Shown here: piece by piece, positions 14,688-24,134 of the stretch
Position numbering within the stretch: the first letter of the stretch is position 1
Layout: every line of letters begins with the position of its first letter
DNA from: Synechococcus sp. PCC 7336
GTDB taxonomy: Bacteria; Cyanobacteriota; Cyanobacteriia; Thermostichales; PCC-7336
Length of the DNA stretch: 32,000 nt
Direction of reading: 5' to 3'
NCBI RefSeq assembly: GCF_000332275.1
Contig: NZ_CM001776.1
Coordinates: 2,096,789-2,128,788 of the forward strand
Notes under the pieces: model-generated
What the model was told of the DNA's origin: nothing
Database searches by the model: none
What the model saw: the letters and a program-made list of their open reading frames with translations, nothing else
Program-made: the position numbers and the translations under genes

Positions 14688-15107
14688 ATGCTGATTGGCT
14701 TCGATCCCGGACGGGAGAAGTGCGGAGTGGCGATCGCTACCGCTGACGGGACAGTGCTCCATCGCGAAATTGTGCCGTCCGCCGAAGTAGAAACGATCTT
14801 GCCCGAACTTTGCCAGCGCTACGGCACGGACCCGATCTCTACCCCCCTCGATCTAGTGATGGGCAATCAGACGACGTCTCGCCAGTGGCGCGATCGCCTG
14901 TCGGTGGCTTTTCCCAAACTCGCAATTCAACTGGTGGACGAGCGTTTCAGCTCTCGAGAGGCGCGCGAGCGATATTGGCTGCTCTATCCCCCTCGGGGGC
15001 TACAGCGGCTCGTGCCGAAAGGGATGCGCCTGCCCCCCCGCCCGGTGGATGATATTGTCGCTGCGATTTTGATCGAGCGGTTTTTAAATCGCATGGGAGA
15101 AGACTGA
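14688..15107 (+). CDS. YqgF/RuvX-like RNase H-fold putative nuclease
   Basis: 139 aa. MLIGFDPGREKCGVAIA resembles the GxDxGxxxxGVA N-terminal motif. DERFSSREARE and DDIVAAILIERFL resemble the DERLTT and DxxAAxxIL motifs. The ATG lies 2 nt after the DUF3084 stop. Confidence 0.55.
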   Translation: MLIGFDPGREKCGVAIATADGTVLHREIVPSAEVETILPELCQRYGTDPISTPLDLVMGNQTTSRQWRDRLSVAFPKLAIQLVDERFSSREARERYWLLYPPRGLQRLVPKGMRLPPRPVDDIVAAILIERFLNRMGED

Positions 15108-15108
15108 T

Positions 15109-16278
15109 TTGGATCGCCCGACGCTGTCTTTCAAAGACCAGTCCCGAGGTTATTCCCGCCGCCAGCTCTTGCAACTGCTAGCCCTAGGGATGGCGGGGAC
15201 GGGGCTCTCCAGTTGCGGCGCTCGCTCGCCGGCCATTCTGCAATTCGTTACCCTCGATAACACAGTTCCCGGCAGCATTTGGCGGGAGTTCGGTCGGGGA
15301 CGGGCGGCGAAACTGCGGCCCGTTCCAGTTGCAAGCCGACAAGCTTTATTCGATGGCCTACAGCCGATCGATCCGCCGGGATGGGGGCTGCAGGCACTAC
15401 TGCGCCGCCTGTTTCCACCAGCTCCCGTGCAAACGATTTCCCTGTTGGGGGCAGATTGGCTGGATTGGGCAATCGCGAGAGAGCTCATCTTGCCCCTCGA
15501 TCCCGAGGGGTTGGGACAGCGCTTTGCCACGCAATTACCGCCGCTGTGGCAACAGGCTCCGGTGCGGCAGGGACGGGTGTGGGGGCTGCCGTGGAGTTGG
15601 GGGGTGACGGCGATCGCCTACAACCGCGAGCGGGTGCAGGAGCCAATCGTCGATTGGGCGGATTTGTGGCGTCCTTCCTTAAAAGGCAAGCTCGTGCTGC
15701 CCGACCATCCCCGCGACGCGATCGGGCTAACCCTCAAATCTCTGGGATACTCGGTCAATCAACCGCTGGCTGAGGTGCCGGAGTTGGGCGATCGCCTAGC
15801 TGCGTTGAATGCTCAGGCGTTGACCTACTCTTCCGAGTTTTATTTGCAGACATTGTTACTTCGGGATGCCTGGGCAGTGGTGGGATGGACGAGCGATTTG
15901 CATCAGTTACAAAAGCTCGATTCCCGCTTCGAAATTGTCATTCCTGCATCTGGGACAGCGTTGTGGTGGGATTTGTGGGTGGTGCGGCGTTCCTCTGGTG
16001 GGGAGGGCGATAGGGCTGGACAATTGCCAGAACTGTTGGCATTGGCGGCAGACTGGTTTGATTTTTTGTTGCAGGAGGAGGTTGCTGAACGGTTGGTGGC
16101 GGTGGGGCAAACGCCGCTTTCGGCTCCCTTCGAGCTCGATAGCTTGTCGGAGGCTTTGCGCGCTCGACCCCTGTTTGCTGCCGATGTTCTGGACCGTAGC
16201 GAGCTGTTGAACCCCCTGACAGAGATTGAGGCGGTTGCTTACTTGCGGGCCTGGGAGCAGATGCGCTCGGCACTCTGA
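15109..16278 (+). CDS. Extracellular solute-binding lipoprotein of an ABC transporter (PotD/PotF-like)
   Basis: TTG start immediately after the upstream TGA. Tat-like/lipoprotein signal SRRQLLQLLALGMAGTGLSSC. LPWSWGVTAIAYNRERV and AADWFDFLLQEEVAERL resemble polyamine-type SBP motifs. Confidence 0.7.
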   Translation: MDRPTLSFKDQSRGYSRRQLLQLLALGMAGTGLSSCGARSPAILQFVTLDNTVPGSIWREFGRGRAAKLRPVPVASRQALFDGLQPIDPPGWGLQALLRRLFPPAPVQTISLLGADWLDWAIARELILPLDPEGLGQRFATQLPPLWQQAPVRQGRVWGLPWSWGVTAIAYNRERVQEPIVDWADLWRPSLKGKLVLPDHPRDAIGLTLKSLGYSVNQPLAEVPELGDRLAALNAQALTYSSEFYLQTLLLRDAWAVVGWTSDLHQLQKLDSRFEIVIPASGTALWWDLWVVRRSSGGEGDRAGQLPELLALAADWFDFLLQEEVAERLVAVGQTPLSAPFELDSLSEALRARPLFAADVLDRSELLNPLTEIEAVAYLRAWEQMRSAL

Positions 16279-16284
16279 AATGCG

Positions 16285-17094
16285 TCAGTTCTGCGAATAC
16301 AGATGGACTGCGCGCTGAGGAAAGGGAAGGCTAATCCCATCGGTATCGAAACGCTTTTTCATGCGCTCGTTCAGAGCGAACTTTACATCGAGATAATCAG
16401 CTGACATGACCCAAGACCACACAGCAAAATTGACGCTGCTGTCGGCAAGTTCGCTCACACCAATGCGTGGAGGGGGATCTTGGAGAATGCGATCGTCTCC
16501 CCTCAACACTTCTTGAATGACGCTTTTGACTTTATCCAGATCGTCCGAGTAACTGACGCCGATAGTGAGATCGATGCGGCGAATGCTTTTGGCAGAAAAG
16601 TTAGAGATCGTATCGCCAAAGACTTTTGAATTGGGAATGATGATGCTCTTATTATCGGGGCTAGCTAACTTTGTCACGAGAATGCCAATCTCTTCGACGA
16701 CCCCAAGCACTCCTGACACCTCGATGAAATCTCCTACCTTAAATGGCCGCAAAATAACCATCATGAAGCCAGCGGCAAGGTTGGATAGAGAGCCCTGCAA
16801 GGCTAAGCCAATTGCTAAACCAGCAGCACCAACAACTGCAATAATGGAAGCTGTTTGGACCCCAAGCCGATTGAGCGCTGCGATCGCAACAAAGACGACC
16901 GCAGTGTAATAGACCAGGTTGCTGACAAACGAAGCCACGGTTCGATCGACATTCCGCCGGTCGAACAGTTGCAAAACAAAACCGCGCACTACCTTCGACA
17001 GCCAAAGACCGATCGCCAGAATCGCCACAGCGATCGCTAGTCTGATGCCTAAGTCTGCTAGCTTCGGCAGCAGTTGTGCAAACAGGTCTTGCAT
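16285..17094 (-). CDS. mscS: Small-conductance mechanosensitive channel (MscS family)
   Basis: 269 aa. Three N-terminal TM helices, then ILRPFKVGDFIEVSGVLGVVEEIGILVTKLASPDNKSIIIPNSKV, the MscS beta-domain signature. GGAGGA lies 6 nt before the ATG. Confidence 0.9.
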   Translation of the reverse strand: MQDLFAQLLPKLADLGIRLAIAVAILAIGLWLSKVVRGFVLQLFDRRNVDRTVASFVSNLVYYTAVVFVAIAALNRLGVQTASIIAVVGAAGLAIGLALQGSLSNLAAGFMMVILRPFKVGDFIEVSGVLGVVEEIGILVTKLASPDNKSIIIPNSKVFGDTISNFSAKSIRRIDLTIGVSYSDDLDKVKSVIQEVLRGDDRILQDPPPRIGVSELADSSVNFAVWSWVMSADYLDVKFALNERMKKRFDTDGISLPFPQRAVHLYSQN

Positions 17095-17520
17095 GAAATT
17101 CCTCCTAGTAAAGTTTCACTAAAAATAGAGATTGTCTCAGACCTCCTAGAGAGGCGCAAGCCGATCGCCAGCACCGTACTATAAGAGAGTTAATTTTTTG
17201 TATGAGCAGTTAGTTGGTTGCTCAACAGTGGAAGCGCTCTGGGGTTAGGATAGCAAAATGTGATAGCGCTGCCTTCCAATCTTTAGATGGATCTGGTTAT
17301 TGAAATTTTTCTGGAGAGAGGCGCGGCTCACTTCCGTTGGTAGTTAAAGATCCGTCCATTCAGTTTCCAACGCTTCCAAAGAGCATAGTGTGCCTCCATA
17401 TATTGATGAGTTTGTTCGTGCTCAAATGATGGCCCGCTCTATCATGAAAGTGTCACCCAAAAAGGCCAGTTTTTGAACCAAGCCGGTATACTCAGAATCT
17501 CATCGACCGCCTGCAAGCCT

Positions 17521-17862
17521 ATGTCTGAAGAACCCTCCATCACTCCCATCCCCCGAGCGATCGTCGAGCCCGCTCAGCCGCAGAACACCATGGCGGCAAT
17601 GTTTGCCCAATTGCTGCAGCAATTGCAGCCCCCCTCCGCCCCCGCCGATCCCATTGCCCACATCCGCGCTCTCGAAGACGCCTACCAAAACAACTGGATT
17701 TTGGGCACCAGCGAACTGGCCCAATTACTCAAACTCGCCCCCAAAACCCTCGTCCGTTACGACAGCATAGAGCGTTACGGATTTATCTGCGAGCGAGCGG
17801 GACAGAATGGCTCGGAGCTGGGATGGAAAATTCGCAAGCCGAAGTCGAAGAAGAAGAAATAG
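17521..17862 (+). CDS. Hypothetical small protein with a possible HTH segment and a lysine-rich tail
   Basis: The track start at 17473 is a TTG; the first ATG is 17521. WILGTSELAQLLKLAPKTLVRY looks like a helix-turn-helix. The C-terminus is KIRKPKSKKKK. No family recognised. Confidence 0.5.
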   Translation: MSEEPSITPIPRAIVEPAQPQNTMAAMFAQLLQQLQPPSAPADPIAHIRALEDAYQNNWILGTSELAQLLKLAPKTLVRYDSIERYGFICERAGQNGSELGWKIRKPKSKKKK

Positions 17863-17995
17863 ACTTGGGGCTAAGTCCGCTAACGCACGACATCTTCGGG
17901 AATCACGCCCTCTGCCGCACTGACATTCATGTAGGGGGAGTGGGTTGGGAACGGAGATAGAGGACTGATGGCGGATGGCCGAGAGGATCGAGGAC

Positions 17996-19327
17996 TTACA
18001 GCAGAGCTGCTGCCCGTTCTGCTAAGTCCGAACGTTCTCCCTTTTCCAGCAGGATATGTCCGGCCAAGGGTTCGCCGCGAAATTTTTCGATCGCATAGGT
18101 GAGGCCGTTACTGGCAGCATCGACGTAGGGGTTGTCAATTTGCTCGAGATCGCCAGTCAAGATAATCTTAGTGCCCTCTCCGGCCCGCGTCAGGATGGTT
18201 TTGACTTCGTGGGGGGTGAGGTTCTGGGCCTCATCGACGATCAGATATTGTTTGGGAATGGTGCGGCCTCGAATGTAGGTGAGGGGCTCGATTTGCAGCA
18301 TGCCCCGCTCCATCAGCTCTTCGTGGCCGTGTTTCCAATGGCCCGCTCGGCCCGTCAGGTCTTGGGTATCGAAGATCAGATCGAAATTGTCGTATAGCGG
18401 TTGCATCCAGGGGGTGAGTTTTTCAGTGATATCCCCCGGCAGGTAGCCCAAATCTTGGCCCATCGGCACCACCGGACGGGAGATTAAGAGGCGGCTGTAC
18501 ACTTGTTTGTCGGCCACTTGGCGCAAGCCAGCAGCGATCGCCAATAGGGTTTTTCCCGTACCGGCTTTGCCCACTAGGGTGACTAACTGAATCGATTCGC
18601 GCAGCAGGAGTTCGAGGGCAAATTTTTGTTCGCGGTTGCGGGGTTGGATGCGGGAGACGCCACCGTGGGGAAGTTTGCTGAGGGGCACCACATCCCCTTT
18701 CTGGTTTTGGGCGATCGCCAGGGCAGTGTGATGGGGATTGGCGACATCGATCAAGGTGAAAGCTTGGTTGGGATAGCATTCCTGTTCCAGTTCTAGGGTG
18801 ACTCCCCCTTGCTCGAATAGGCCCTTGATGGTGTTGGCGTCTGCCATGACTTCGCGATAGCCGGTGTAGAGTTCCTCAACATCGACCTTGTCGGTTTCGT
18901 AGTCTTCCGCATCGAGGCCGAGGGCGTTGGCTTTGATGCGCAAATTGGTATCTTTGCTGACTAACACCACCGGACATTCGCAGGACCGTTTCAGCTCTAG
19001 GGCTGTGGCCAAGATGGCATTATCGCCGCGATCGCCTTCCAGTTCGGGGGGCAATTCTCTCAGGGTTTGACGGGAGCAGAGGGCCACTTGCAAGTGACCC
19101 CCTTCTTCCAATGAAATCCCTTCGTGCAGGTGGCCTTGCAGGCGGAGGCTATCGAGCAAGCGAGAGGTGTGGCGAGCGTTGCGCCCGATACTGGAGGCTT
19201 GTTTTTTAAACCGATCGAGTTCTTCGATGATGGTGATGGGTAGAACGATATCGTTCTCGCGAAAGTGCGTTAGGGCCGTGGGATCGTGCAGTAACACGTT
19301 GGTATCTAACACATACGCTTTTTTCAT
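17996..19327 (-). CDS. PhoH2-type protein: N-terminal PIN domain fused to a PhoH-like ATPase
   Basis: PIN N-terminus: YVLDTNVLLHDP...IVLPITIIEELD...VLVSKDTNLRIKA. PhoH part: Walker A LVGKAGTGKTLLA, Walker B LIVDEAQN, and ILTGDLEQID. Confidence 0.9.
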   Translation of the reverse strand: MKKAYVLDTNVLLHDPTALTHFRENDIVLPITIIEELDRFKKQASSIGRNARHTSRLLDSLRLQGHLHEGISLEEGGHLQVALCSRQTLRELPPELEGDRGDNAILATALELKRSCECPVVLVSKDTNLRIKANALGLDAEDYETDKVDVEELYTGYREVMADANTIKGLFEQGGVTLELEQECYPNQAFTLIDVANPHHTALAIAQNQKGDVVPLSKLPHGGVSRIQPRNREQKFALELLLRESIQLVTLVGKAGTGKTLLAIAAGLRQVADKQVYSRLLISRPVVPMGQDLGYLPGDITEKLTPWMQPLYDNFDLIFDTQDLTGRAGHWKHGHEELMERGMLQIEPLTYIRGRTIPKQYLIVDEAQNLTPHEVKTILTRAGEGTKIILTGDLEQIDNPYVDAASNGLTYAIEKFRGEPLAGHILLEKGERSDLAERAAALL

Positions 19328-19448
19328 GTGCGAATCTCGCCTGCAGTTTAGAAGTTCAGTTGACTAGTTATAACGGGTGAATCCCGCAATCGGTCGATGA
19401 ATCGATCATTTATTCAAGATGCTCCTGCGGCGAATGGGGGACACGTCC

Positions 19449-21017
19449 TCACTGCCGACTGGGCCGACCCAAATCTACGGCCACTCGATGGGCGCAGGCA
19501 AACCCCGAAAACGCTACAGCATTCAAACCCTGTCCGGGAAAGGTGCTATCTCCCACACAGTAAAGGTTACGTACCGAAGTGCGGTTGAAGGGAACTCCCA
19601 ATAGGCCCCAGGGAGTACTGCTGGGAATCGGGCCATAGGTGCCGTTGATGCGGCCTAAAAATTTGCGATGGGTGCGGGGGGTTCCGATCTCTTTGAGTTC
19701 GATGCGATCGCCTAAATCCGGCCAAATCTGCTGCAACCGTTGAATCAGACGGTCGGCATCTCGCTCTTTTTTAGCGCGATAGTCTCGCGATGGCAGTCCT
19801 TCCCACTCGGACATGTGGCTGGGGGTGAAGGTATGGATAATGTGGCGATTGGGAGGGGCTAGGTCGGGATCGAGCAGAGTGGGAATAGACACAAAAATAG
19901 TTCCCTGCTCCCGTTCCATCTCGCGCCAGTCTTCCAGCAGAATGTGGTGGCAATCGGCCTCGCCCGCGATCGCCTCTGCTTCGACCCCCAAATGCAAACT
20001 GAGGAAACTGGGGGACTGCTCGTAGCGGCTCTGCCAGCTCTTTTCCGCCCTCGGCAATGGCAGCTCGGGCATGAGGTTTTGGAAGGTATCCCAGCGGGTG
20101 GCGTTAGAGATAATCTTGCGGGCATACAGGGTTTCGCCATCGGCGAGCTGGACCCCAATCGCTCGATTTCCCCGCTTCAAAATCTTTGTGACCCTGGCTT
20201 TGTAACGAATCTGACCGCCCTTTTCCACCAGCCCGTCTGCCAAGACCTCTGCAATCTTGCCCACCCCCCCCTCGGGATAGTTGATCCCGCCGTAATGGCG
20301 ATCGCTAAACACCATACCCGCATTAATCATGGGCGTCCGATCGGCGGGCACCACCGACCAGCAATAACACTCCATATCGATAAAAGCGAGTAATGTCTCA
20401 TCCTTGATGTACTTGCGCGCCACTTGGCCCGCATTCACCGGCAGGTAGCGGGCTAATCCCAAGCAACTCATCGGCTGTTGGCCAAACACCCGCAAGAGAT
20501 AGCCCAATTCCTCTAGCGACAGTAGTTCCATCGAATTGAGGTAATTGAACACCCGCCAAGCTTCGTCGTAAAACTTGCGAATGCCCACTTTCTCGTGGGG
20601 GAAGGACTCGGTCAGTTCTGCGATAAAGGCGTCGTAATCGCGGTGGACGCGGGGATTGAGGCCATCGGGCAGGTGATAGGCAATTTGGACGGGATCGGGG
20701 ATGGTGTCGAGACGGCGATCGACCGCTGCCAGTGCCCGCGTCAGCAGGTTTGTAGAGCCCTTGTCTCCAAACCCAAAAATCATCGATGCCCCCACATCGA
20801 AGCGATAGTGTCCGCTGGCCGACTCCCGCTCGAAATAGCCCGCACTCCCCCCCGGAATCAGGTATTTCTCTAATACCGCCACCGAATAGCCCTTGGCTGC
20901 CAGTTGCGTTGCCGTCACCAAGCCGCCAATGCCCGAGCCAATCACGATCGCATCGAGCGGGCGATCGGGAGAAGATGCTTCTGCAGGAGGCGAGGTGGGG
21001 CGAGTCGCGGCAGTCAT
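19449..21017 (-). CDS. crtH: Carotenoid (prolycopene) cis-trans isomerase CrtH
   Basis: FAD-binding AIVIGSGIGGLVTATQLAAKG. Long stretches match my recollection of Synechocystis CrtH (LIPGGSAGYFERE, FDVGASMIFGFGDKGSTNLLTRALAAV, MECYCWSVVPAD, MINAGMVFSDRHYGGINYP, YCVGDSTFPGQGLNAVAFSGFACAHR). Confidence 0.88.
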   Translation of the reverse strand: MTAATRPTSPPAEASSPDRPLDAIVIGSGIGGLVTATQLAAKGYSVAVLEKYLIPGGSAGYFERESASGHYRFDVGASMIFGFGDKGSTNLLTRALAAVDRRLDTIPDPVQIAYHLPDGLNPRVHRDYDAFIAELTESFPHEKVGIRKFYDEAWRVFNYLNSMELLSLEELGYLLRVFGQQPMSCLGLARYLPVNAGQVARKYIKDETLLAFIDMECYCWSVVPADRTPMINAGMVFSDRHYGGINYPEGGVGKIAEVLADGLVEKGGQIRYKARVTKILKRGNRAIGVQLADGETLYARKIISNATRWDTFQNLMPELPLPRAEKSWQSRYEQSPSFLSLHLGVEAEAIAGEADCHHILLEDWREMEREQGTIFVSIPTLLDPDLAPPNRHIIHTFTPSHMSEWEGLPSRDYRAKKERDADRLIQRLQQIWPDLGDRIELKEIGTPRTHRKFLGRINGTYGPIPSSTPWGLLGVPFNRTSVRNLYCVGDSTFPGQGLNAVAFSGFACAHRVAVDLGRPSRQ

Positions 21018-21467
21018 GCAATTGTCAGAATTCAGTCGTTAGATTCACTGTAGTACGTTCTCTACCGCCAGTTGGGGCGATCGCCATCGAGCGATCGCGA
21101 GGGCTGAAGGACTATTCAATGCTGGAATGCTGGTAATTTCGCGGAGATCGTTGACTGGAGACTCTTATTTAATAAAATTAATACTTCCACTCTTCGCTTT
21201 TGGTAGTAAATTTTTCTATCCATGGGGCTTCAAGCATTGCTTCTGCAGGGAATTGGCTGACTTTTGCACGACGGCTCCCGCTCTTCTCCCCCAGCTCCTT
21301 ACGCAAACTTGCGGCGATCGGTGGAGAGACTGATATCGAAATTGGTTGACTTTGGTAACCTATGGCAAGCCGAGCTTGCAGCGATTCGAGGACTCGAATT
21401 GCTTTCAGTCTTCGCGAGATCGCAGTTTAAATTCCTACCCCCGAATCACAGTCATCGCTCCACAACT

Positions 21468-21953
21468 ATGGTTAGCACTCAATTTGAAAATACAAACGCC
21501 CAGCGCAGCCGGGTCAGGCATGTGTTAGTCATTGAAGATAACGCCGGTCGCCGAACCATCTCTCTCGAAGCCGCGACTTATTCGATCGGGCGCGACCCCA
21601 GCTGCGCGATCGTACTGAATTCCAATTATGCCTCCCGCCAGCATGCCATCCTGCTGCGGGTTCCCATTCCCGGTACCGCCAATCGCTTGTTTCGCATCCT
21701 CGACGGCAATGCCAAAGGGGAGCGCAGCACGAATGGGATTACTGTTAACGGCCAGCGCCTGGCTCAACACGATCTCAGCCACGGCGATACGGTTGCCTTC
21801 AGTCGCGATGCCACGGCCACCTATTACATGACCGCCAATCTGTCGGATGCCGAGTTCGCTCAATATGCTGAATCCGCTGGCTACCGCAGCCTCAAGCTGG
21901 CTGTGGAAGATGTGTCCCGAACCACAATTGAAGCTAAATCGAGTTCGCGTTGA
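21468..21953 (+). CDS. Stand-alone FHA domain protein
   Basis: YSIGRDPSCAIVLNSNYASRQHAILLRV...NGITVNGQRLAQHDLSHGDTVAF is a canonical FHA core (GR...S..HA...NG..vNg). I start at M69 of the track ORF (ATG 21468); the upstream 68 codons look non-coding. Confidence 0.85.
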   Translation: MVSTQFENTNAQRSRVRHVLVIEDNAGRRTISLEAATYSIGRDPSCAIVLNSNYASRQHAILLRVPIPGTANRLFRILDGNAKGERSTNGITVNGQRLAQHDLSHGDTVAFSRDATATYYMTANLSDAEFAQYAESAGYRSLKLAVEDVSRTTIEAKSSSR

Positions 21954-22063
21954 GACCGGGAGTGTTTCAGAGGAGAACCTGAGGAGCCTAGCATCCTCAG
22001 CTTGCTTCTTGGGATGTTGGCCCGACGCCCTACCATCAAAAGGAGTTGGCGTTTGAGACAGGT

Positions 22064-23452
22064 ATGGCATTTCCCACACTGAGGCAGAGCAGTATGTCCG
22101 CTCGGCGATCGCCCCGCGATCGCGTCCTCCAGTTAGGGATGCTCGCCATCTGGATTGTGGCCCTGGCACTGCGCCTGTGGCATCTGGGCGAGCTAGAGCC
22201 GCCCGTGTTTGACGAGGTCTATTTCCCTAAATTTGCCGAAGCATATCTCGACGGCACGGCCCCCTACGACGCGCACCCTCCCTTGGGTAAATACTTGATT
22301 GCCTCGGGGATTGTGGCTTTAGGCCGCAATGCTTGGGGCTACCGCATTGCTACGGCGATCGCCGGTTCGCTGATTCCCGTCGCGGTGGCGGGTCTGGCCT
22401 ACAAGATCTCCTACCGCCGTCGGTTTGCCTGGTGGGCGGGCGGGCTGATGCTCTGCGATGGTCTCTTTTTAGTGGAATCGCGCTTGGGTCTGCTCAATAC
22501 CTTTCTGGTGTTGTTTGGTGTGGTGGCGCAGATCTACGCGATCGCCGCTCTAGAGGCAAGGGGGGCTCGACGGGGGCTGCTACTCGGGGGGGCGGGCTTG
22601 CTGTTGGGGGCAAGCGCTTCAGTCAAGTGGAATGGGCTGGGCTTCGCACTCGCCTTGGCGGGCATGGCGGCATTAGCTTGGAGCCACGCTCTGCTGCGCT
22701 TAAAATCACCACTACCGCTGGGGATTTGGGGGCAGGTGCGATCGCTGCGCTGGAAACATTACCTGGTTTACTTCGGCTTCCTGCCGGCAGGATTTTATCT
22801 CTTGCAGTGGCTGCCCCACCTCCTGCAGCAAGGCATTATTCAGCCGGGGAGCGGCTGGCGCGACTGGGTTCAATTGGGCAGGCGGCTGTTGCAGCTTCAT
22901 GCTTCCCTGATGGGCCTTCACACCAGTGCAACTGCAGGGGTGGGGGTGGACGAACTCGTGCATCCCTATTGTTCGACATGGCTCTCTTGGCCGGTGCTAG
23001 CTCGACCGATGGGATACTTTTTCCAGGCGGACGGTAATATTTGGCGGGATGTACACGCAATTGGCAATCCGGTGGAGTGGTGGCTGGCCACTGCGGCGGT
23101 GGTGGGCTTGGCGGTGTGGGGGCTAGCCCGCTTGCAGGCGATACCGGCTTACTGGCTGGTGGGCTATGCCGCCAATCTCCTGCCTTGGGCGTTGGTGAGT
23201 CGGTGCGTGTTTATCTATCACTACATGAGTGCCTATGTATTTGGCATCCTGGCGCTGGCTTGGGTGATGGATGCCTCGATCGGCCATCCCAAGCCGATTT
23301 GGCGGTGGCTGGGCTGGTCGGCGGCGATCGCGATTGTGGCTTGTGCCCTGTTTTTCTCGCCCATTTGGTTGGCTCTGCCCCTGTCACCCGAACAGTTTTA
23401 CCGGCGCATCTGGTTTGTGCCCGATCGCATACCGGGGTTTAATTGGCTCTAG
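22064..23452 (+). CDS. GT39-family (PMT-like) phospholipid-carrier-dependent glycosyltransferase
   Basis: PPVFDEVYFPKFAEAYLDGTAPYDAHPPLGKYLI matches the PMT loop-1 DE motif and the HPPLGK box. The protein is polytopic. The track start at 22046 is a TTG; ATGs occur at 22064 and 22094, so the start is uncertain. Confidence 0.85.
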   Translation: MAFPTLRQSSMSARRSPRDRVLQLGMLAIWIVALALRLWHLGELEPPVFDEVYFPKFAEAYLDGTAPYDAHPPLGKYLIASGIVALGRNAWGYRIATAIAGSLIPVAVAGLAYKISYRRRFAWWAGGLMLCDGLFLVESRLGLLNTFLVLFGVVAQIYAIAALEARGARRGLLLGGAGLLLGASASVKWNGLGFALALAGMAALAWSHALLRLKSPLPLGIWGQVRSLRWKHYLVYFGFLPAGFYLLQWLPHLLQQGIIQPGSGWRDWVQLGRRLLQLHASLMGLHTSATAGVGVDELVHPYCSTWLSWPVLARPMGYFFQADGNIWRDVHAIGNPVEWWLATAAVVGLAVWGLARLQAIPAYWLVGYAANLLPWALVSRCVFIYHYMSAYVFGILALAWVMDASIGHPKPIWRWLGWSAAIAIVACALFFSPIWLALPLSPEQFYRRIWFVPDRIPGFNWL

Positions 23453-23931
23453 TCGAGTGGGGCAAACGCCGTTTCTAAATCCTGTTTGACATTAGGGGGA
23501 ACCAGATGGTCGATGGGACCGCCGTAGCGGGCGATTTCTTTGACCACACTGCTGCTTAAAAAGCTGTGCTGGTTGGAGCAGGCCAGAAAGATAGTGTCCA
23601 GATCGGGCTCTAGGGTTTTGTTGGTGTGGGCCATCTGCAGTTCGAATTCAAAGTCTGAAATGGCTCGCAGGCCGCGAATGAGTACCTGAGCGTTTTGCTG
23701 GCGGGCGTGGGTGACGGTGAGTCCCCAAAAGGTGGTGACTTCGATATTGGGCAGGTGGGCGGTGGCGGTGCGTATTTGCGCTTGCCGCTGTTCCAGTGAA
23801 AACAGAGGGGTTTTATTGGGGTTTTTGAGGATGGAGACGATCGTGCGATCGAACATGCGGCTGGCGCTTTCGATGATATCTAGGTGGCCGTAGGTCACGG
23901 GATCGAAGCTGCCGGGATAGAGTGCAATCAA
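23449..23931 (-). CDS. coaD: Pantetheine-phosphate adenylyltransferase
   Basis: (M)IALYPGSFDPVTYGHLDIIESA, then ISDFEFELQMAHTN and SSSVVKEI. TTG start (complement of 23929-23931) is preceded by GAGGTGA. Confidence 0.95.
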   Translation of the reverse strand: MIALYPGSFDPVTYGHLDIIESASRMFDRTIVSILKNPNKTPLFSLEQRQAQIRTATAHLPNIEVTTFWGLTVTHARQQNAQVLIRGLRAISDFEFELQMAHTNKTLEPDLDTIFLACSNQHSFLSSSVVKEIARYGGPIDHLVPPNVKQDLETAFAPLD

Positions 23932-24134
23932 AACTCACCTCTACGCAAAGGTTGATGGCTGCAGATAGAATTTGAAGCCTTCGGTTTCTATCTTGCCTGC
24001 GGTTTGCCTATTGTCCGGCCTAGTCAGCCTTTTACTCCAGCTTGGCTCCCAAACATAAACGCAACCACCCCTGTTAGAACGTGAGTCGAGATGGACTATA
24101 GCGATCCTAAATGAATTGTAAACCCCGATTCTTG

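Noticed and set aside
15150-16273. Several 70-165-aa ORFs in other frames of the solute-binding-protein gene.
   Set aside because: They have GC-rich off-frame composition (R/G/A/P-rich) and no motifs.
21264-21467. 68-codon N-terminal extension of the FHA ORF.
   Set aside because: The extension crosses AT-rich promoter-like DNA and has an improbable sequence. The FHA core starts shortly after M69.
20398-22169. 207-aa ORF overlapping crtH and a 214-aa ORF antisense to the FHA gene.
   Set aside because: They are off-frame or antisense to genes with strong homology signatures, and their sequence is low-complexity.
22333-23442. 234-aa and 133-aa alternative-frame ORFs within the GT39 gene.
   Set aside because: They are G/R/A-rich off-frame products.
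23963-23993. Inverted repeat AGATAGAA-n15-TTCTATCT upstream of coaD, considered as a terminator or sRNA.
   Set aside because: It is AT-rich with only 8 bp of stem, has no flanking U-run on either strand, and has no supporting promoter. The evidence is insufficient.
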